From: Felis catus
Taxonomy: Eukaryota
Direction: 5' to 3'
Assembly (NCBI RefSeq): GCF_018350175.1
Contig: NC_058368.1
Coordinates: forward strand, 141,548,001 to 141,612,000
Length of the DNA: 64,000 nt
Every line of letters begins with the position of its first letter. Position 1 is the first letter of the stretch. The notes beneath the pieces were generated by a model. That model was not told where the DNA came from. It did not search any database and worked only from the letters and a program-made list of their open reading frames with translations. Shown piece by piece: positions 62,228-64,000 of the stretch. A program made the translations under genes and the position numbers.

Positions 62228-64000
62228 TATATTTTGTCCTTTTAAATCAGATTTTAAATTTGGATTTACATCACCACATAAACTACAAATTAAATATTAA
62301 AACACTAAAAATGGTCCAGTTTGGAATTTTGAGGTGTAAGCAAGGTTCATCTTGTCTTTCATGATCTCGTGTTCATGATAGAAAAAGAAAATATAATAAA
62401 ATGATAACAATATTTACAGTAGAGTATTATATGACCTTCATACCCTTGTTCTGAAGTACTTCAAAGTGAAAAAACTACGGTACAAAATAGATACAAAATA
62501 CAAAATTTTATGTTACAATGAATATTAACAAACAACAGAGGATACTCAAGAAACAAATAATAAAGGACACTTGGGAAAGTACTATTTGTGGTTACCTGAG
62601 GAGTAAAGCACTAATGATTTGGGGTAGGTGAAGTCAGATGAGAGTTAATTTTTTTTTTTTTGAGCATTTACCTTTGAGTTTATTCTTCACTTGACTTTCA
62701 AAACATTCCTATACCTGAATATTAATACAAACGCAATAGTAAGTAGTGAGCTACCATTATTATAATCCTTCACTCATTCACTACTGCATATAAAATGCCA
62801 ACAGTCAGTGGTATTCACTGGCCTCATTTAGAGATCTGACACTGAATATCACCCTTAGGCTAATGTTCATCATCCTCCTATGCTTCTCCATCGTAATGGT
62901 GCCATCTTTCCTGATTTGGATCAAAGTTCACCACTTCTTTTCAATTTTGAATAATTTTAAAGTTTGCTAGCTATTCCTTTACCAATATTTTCTAAGTTTT
63001 CTGGAATAAAGCAAAATTCAATTAGAAAGACACCTAAATACATTTAATAGTTTTAATTCTCTAAACATGGCTCTTTTGCAAGTTTTGCAAAAACTTGTAC
63101 TAGTTAAAATAACAAGTACAAATATAAAGTCATAATTTGTTATACTTAAAAGGCATAATTAGCTGAAAATATTTTCCATTATTGTTACAAACCCATACTC
63201 ACAGAGGAACAGCAATTTCAAAATCTGGTCACTTTCAGTAGTTAGACAAATAAATAAATGACAGGAAACTACAAAAAGAAGTAACAGCAATAGAAAAGGA
63301 TGGACATAAGGAGAAACTTTAAGAAATGAAAATCATTAGGATAGTGATAATCAACTAATAACAAACTATTTAATTATCTAAATATGACAATAACATGATC
63401 TTAAATACGTAGTCCAGTGTTTTCCAAACTACTCCATGGTATGTGAATGGTCAAATAAGCTTAAAAAACAGTTTGCCAAATTTTACAGATTTAGGATATG
63501 TATTTGTATGTTAAAAGGTCCTAAGAAGTCTTGCAGTAAGGAAATCAGCTTAACTTTGTTCAACTGCAAGCTTACTTGGGGCAAAAGAAAAAAAAAGAAA
63601 AAAAAAAAAGACTTTTTCCCCCACTCAGCATTCTCCAGAACAGCTGTTCCTCAACACAAGTTTTGAGAAGTACATTGTAGATATCTGTAAACTACACAAA
63701 TTTGCATACGACACATTTAAACATACTGTTCATAAAATTCTAAGTAGAATAAAAGTTTTGGGTAAATCAAGAATTAAGAGAACTTGAAATTAAAAAAGTT
63801 TTAGCTTAAGTTGTCTTGATTTTAGTTTTTCTTACTGTAAATAAGATTTTCATAGTTATAACCAAACTTGTACTAAGGGCCATCTAATAAGTAACAGTCC
63901 AATACCTACTAAGGATACAGATAATCGGCCAATACAATTAACAGTGGTAATAAACTATAATAAATTGGTATTTAGAAAAACGTTATGGATATTTTCATAC

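Noticed and set aside
16238..62364. Recurrent ORFs such as GAPGWRSRLSVRLQPGHDLAVREFEPRVGL and GQRETEHERGRGRERGRH as a repeated gene family
   Set aside because: They are translations of CAN-SINE copies.
1..64000. CRISPR array, prokaryotic defence system or other novel multi-gene system
   Set aside because: The sequence is mammalian with spliced genes. There is no repeat-spacer array, operon structure or unexplained long ORF.

Overview
Mammalian genomic DNA, almost certainly felid (cat family), judged from the feliform CAN-SINE (SINEC_Fc-type) sequences. Two known genes lie on the minus strand, both incomplete in the window. OTP (orthopedia homeobox) has coding exon 1 at 3814-3850 and exon 2 at 2115-2524; its last exon lies left of position 1. 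TBCA (tubulin folding cofactor A) has exon 2 at 60845-60950, exon 3 at 46988-47074 and last coding exon at 44808-44888; exon 1 lies right of 64000. The first ~11.7 kb has no recognisable transposons and alternates CpG islands with AT-rich, TAAT-dense blocks, as expected for a developmental transcription-factor locus. The rest is rich in repeats: about 29 CAN-SINEs, carnivore and ancient L1s, L2, ERVL/MaLR LTRs, hAT and Tigger MITEs, with a few repeat-free islands that look like distal enhancers. I found no evidence of a new multi-gene system. The most interesting sequence-level signals are a splice acceptor in the OTP 5' leader, a 35-bp fold-back hairpin inside an L1, a SINE 16 nt from the TBCA exon-2 donor that gives an in-frame read-through with AATAAA, and near-identical inverted SINEs around TBCA exon 2. 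Repeat family names come from recall of consensus sequences and their boundaries are approximate.
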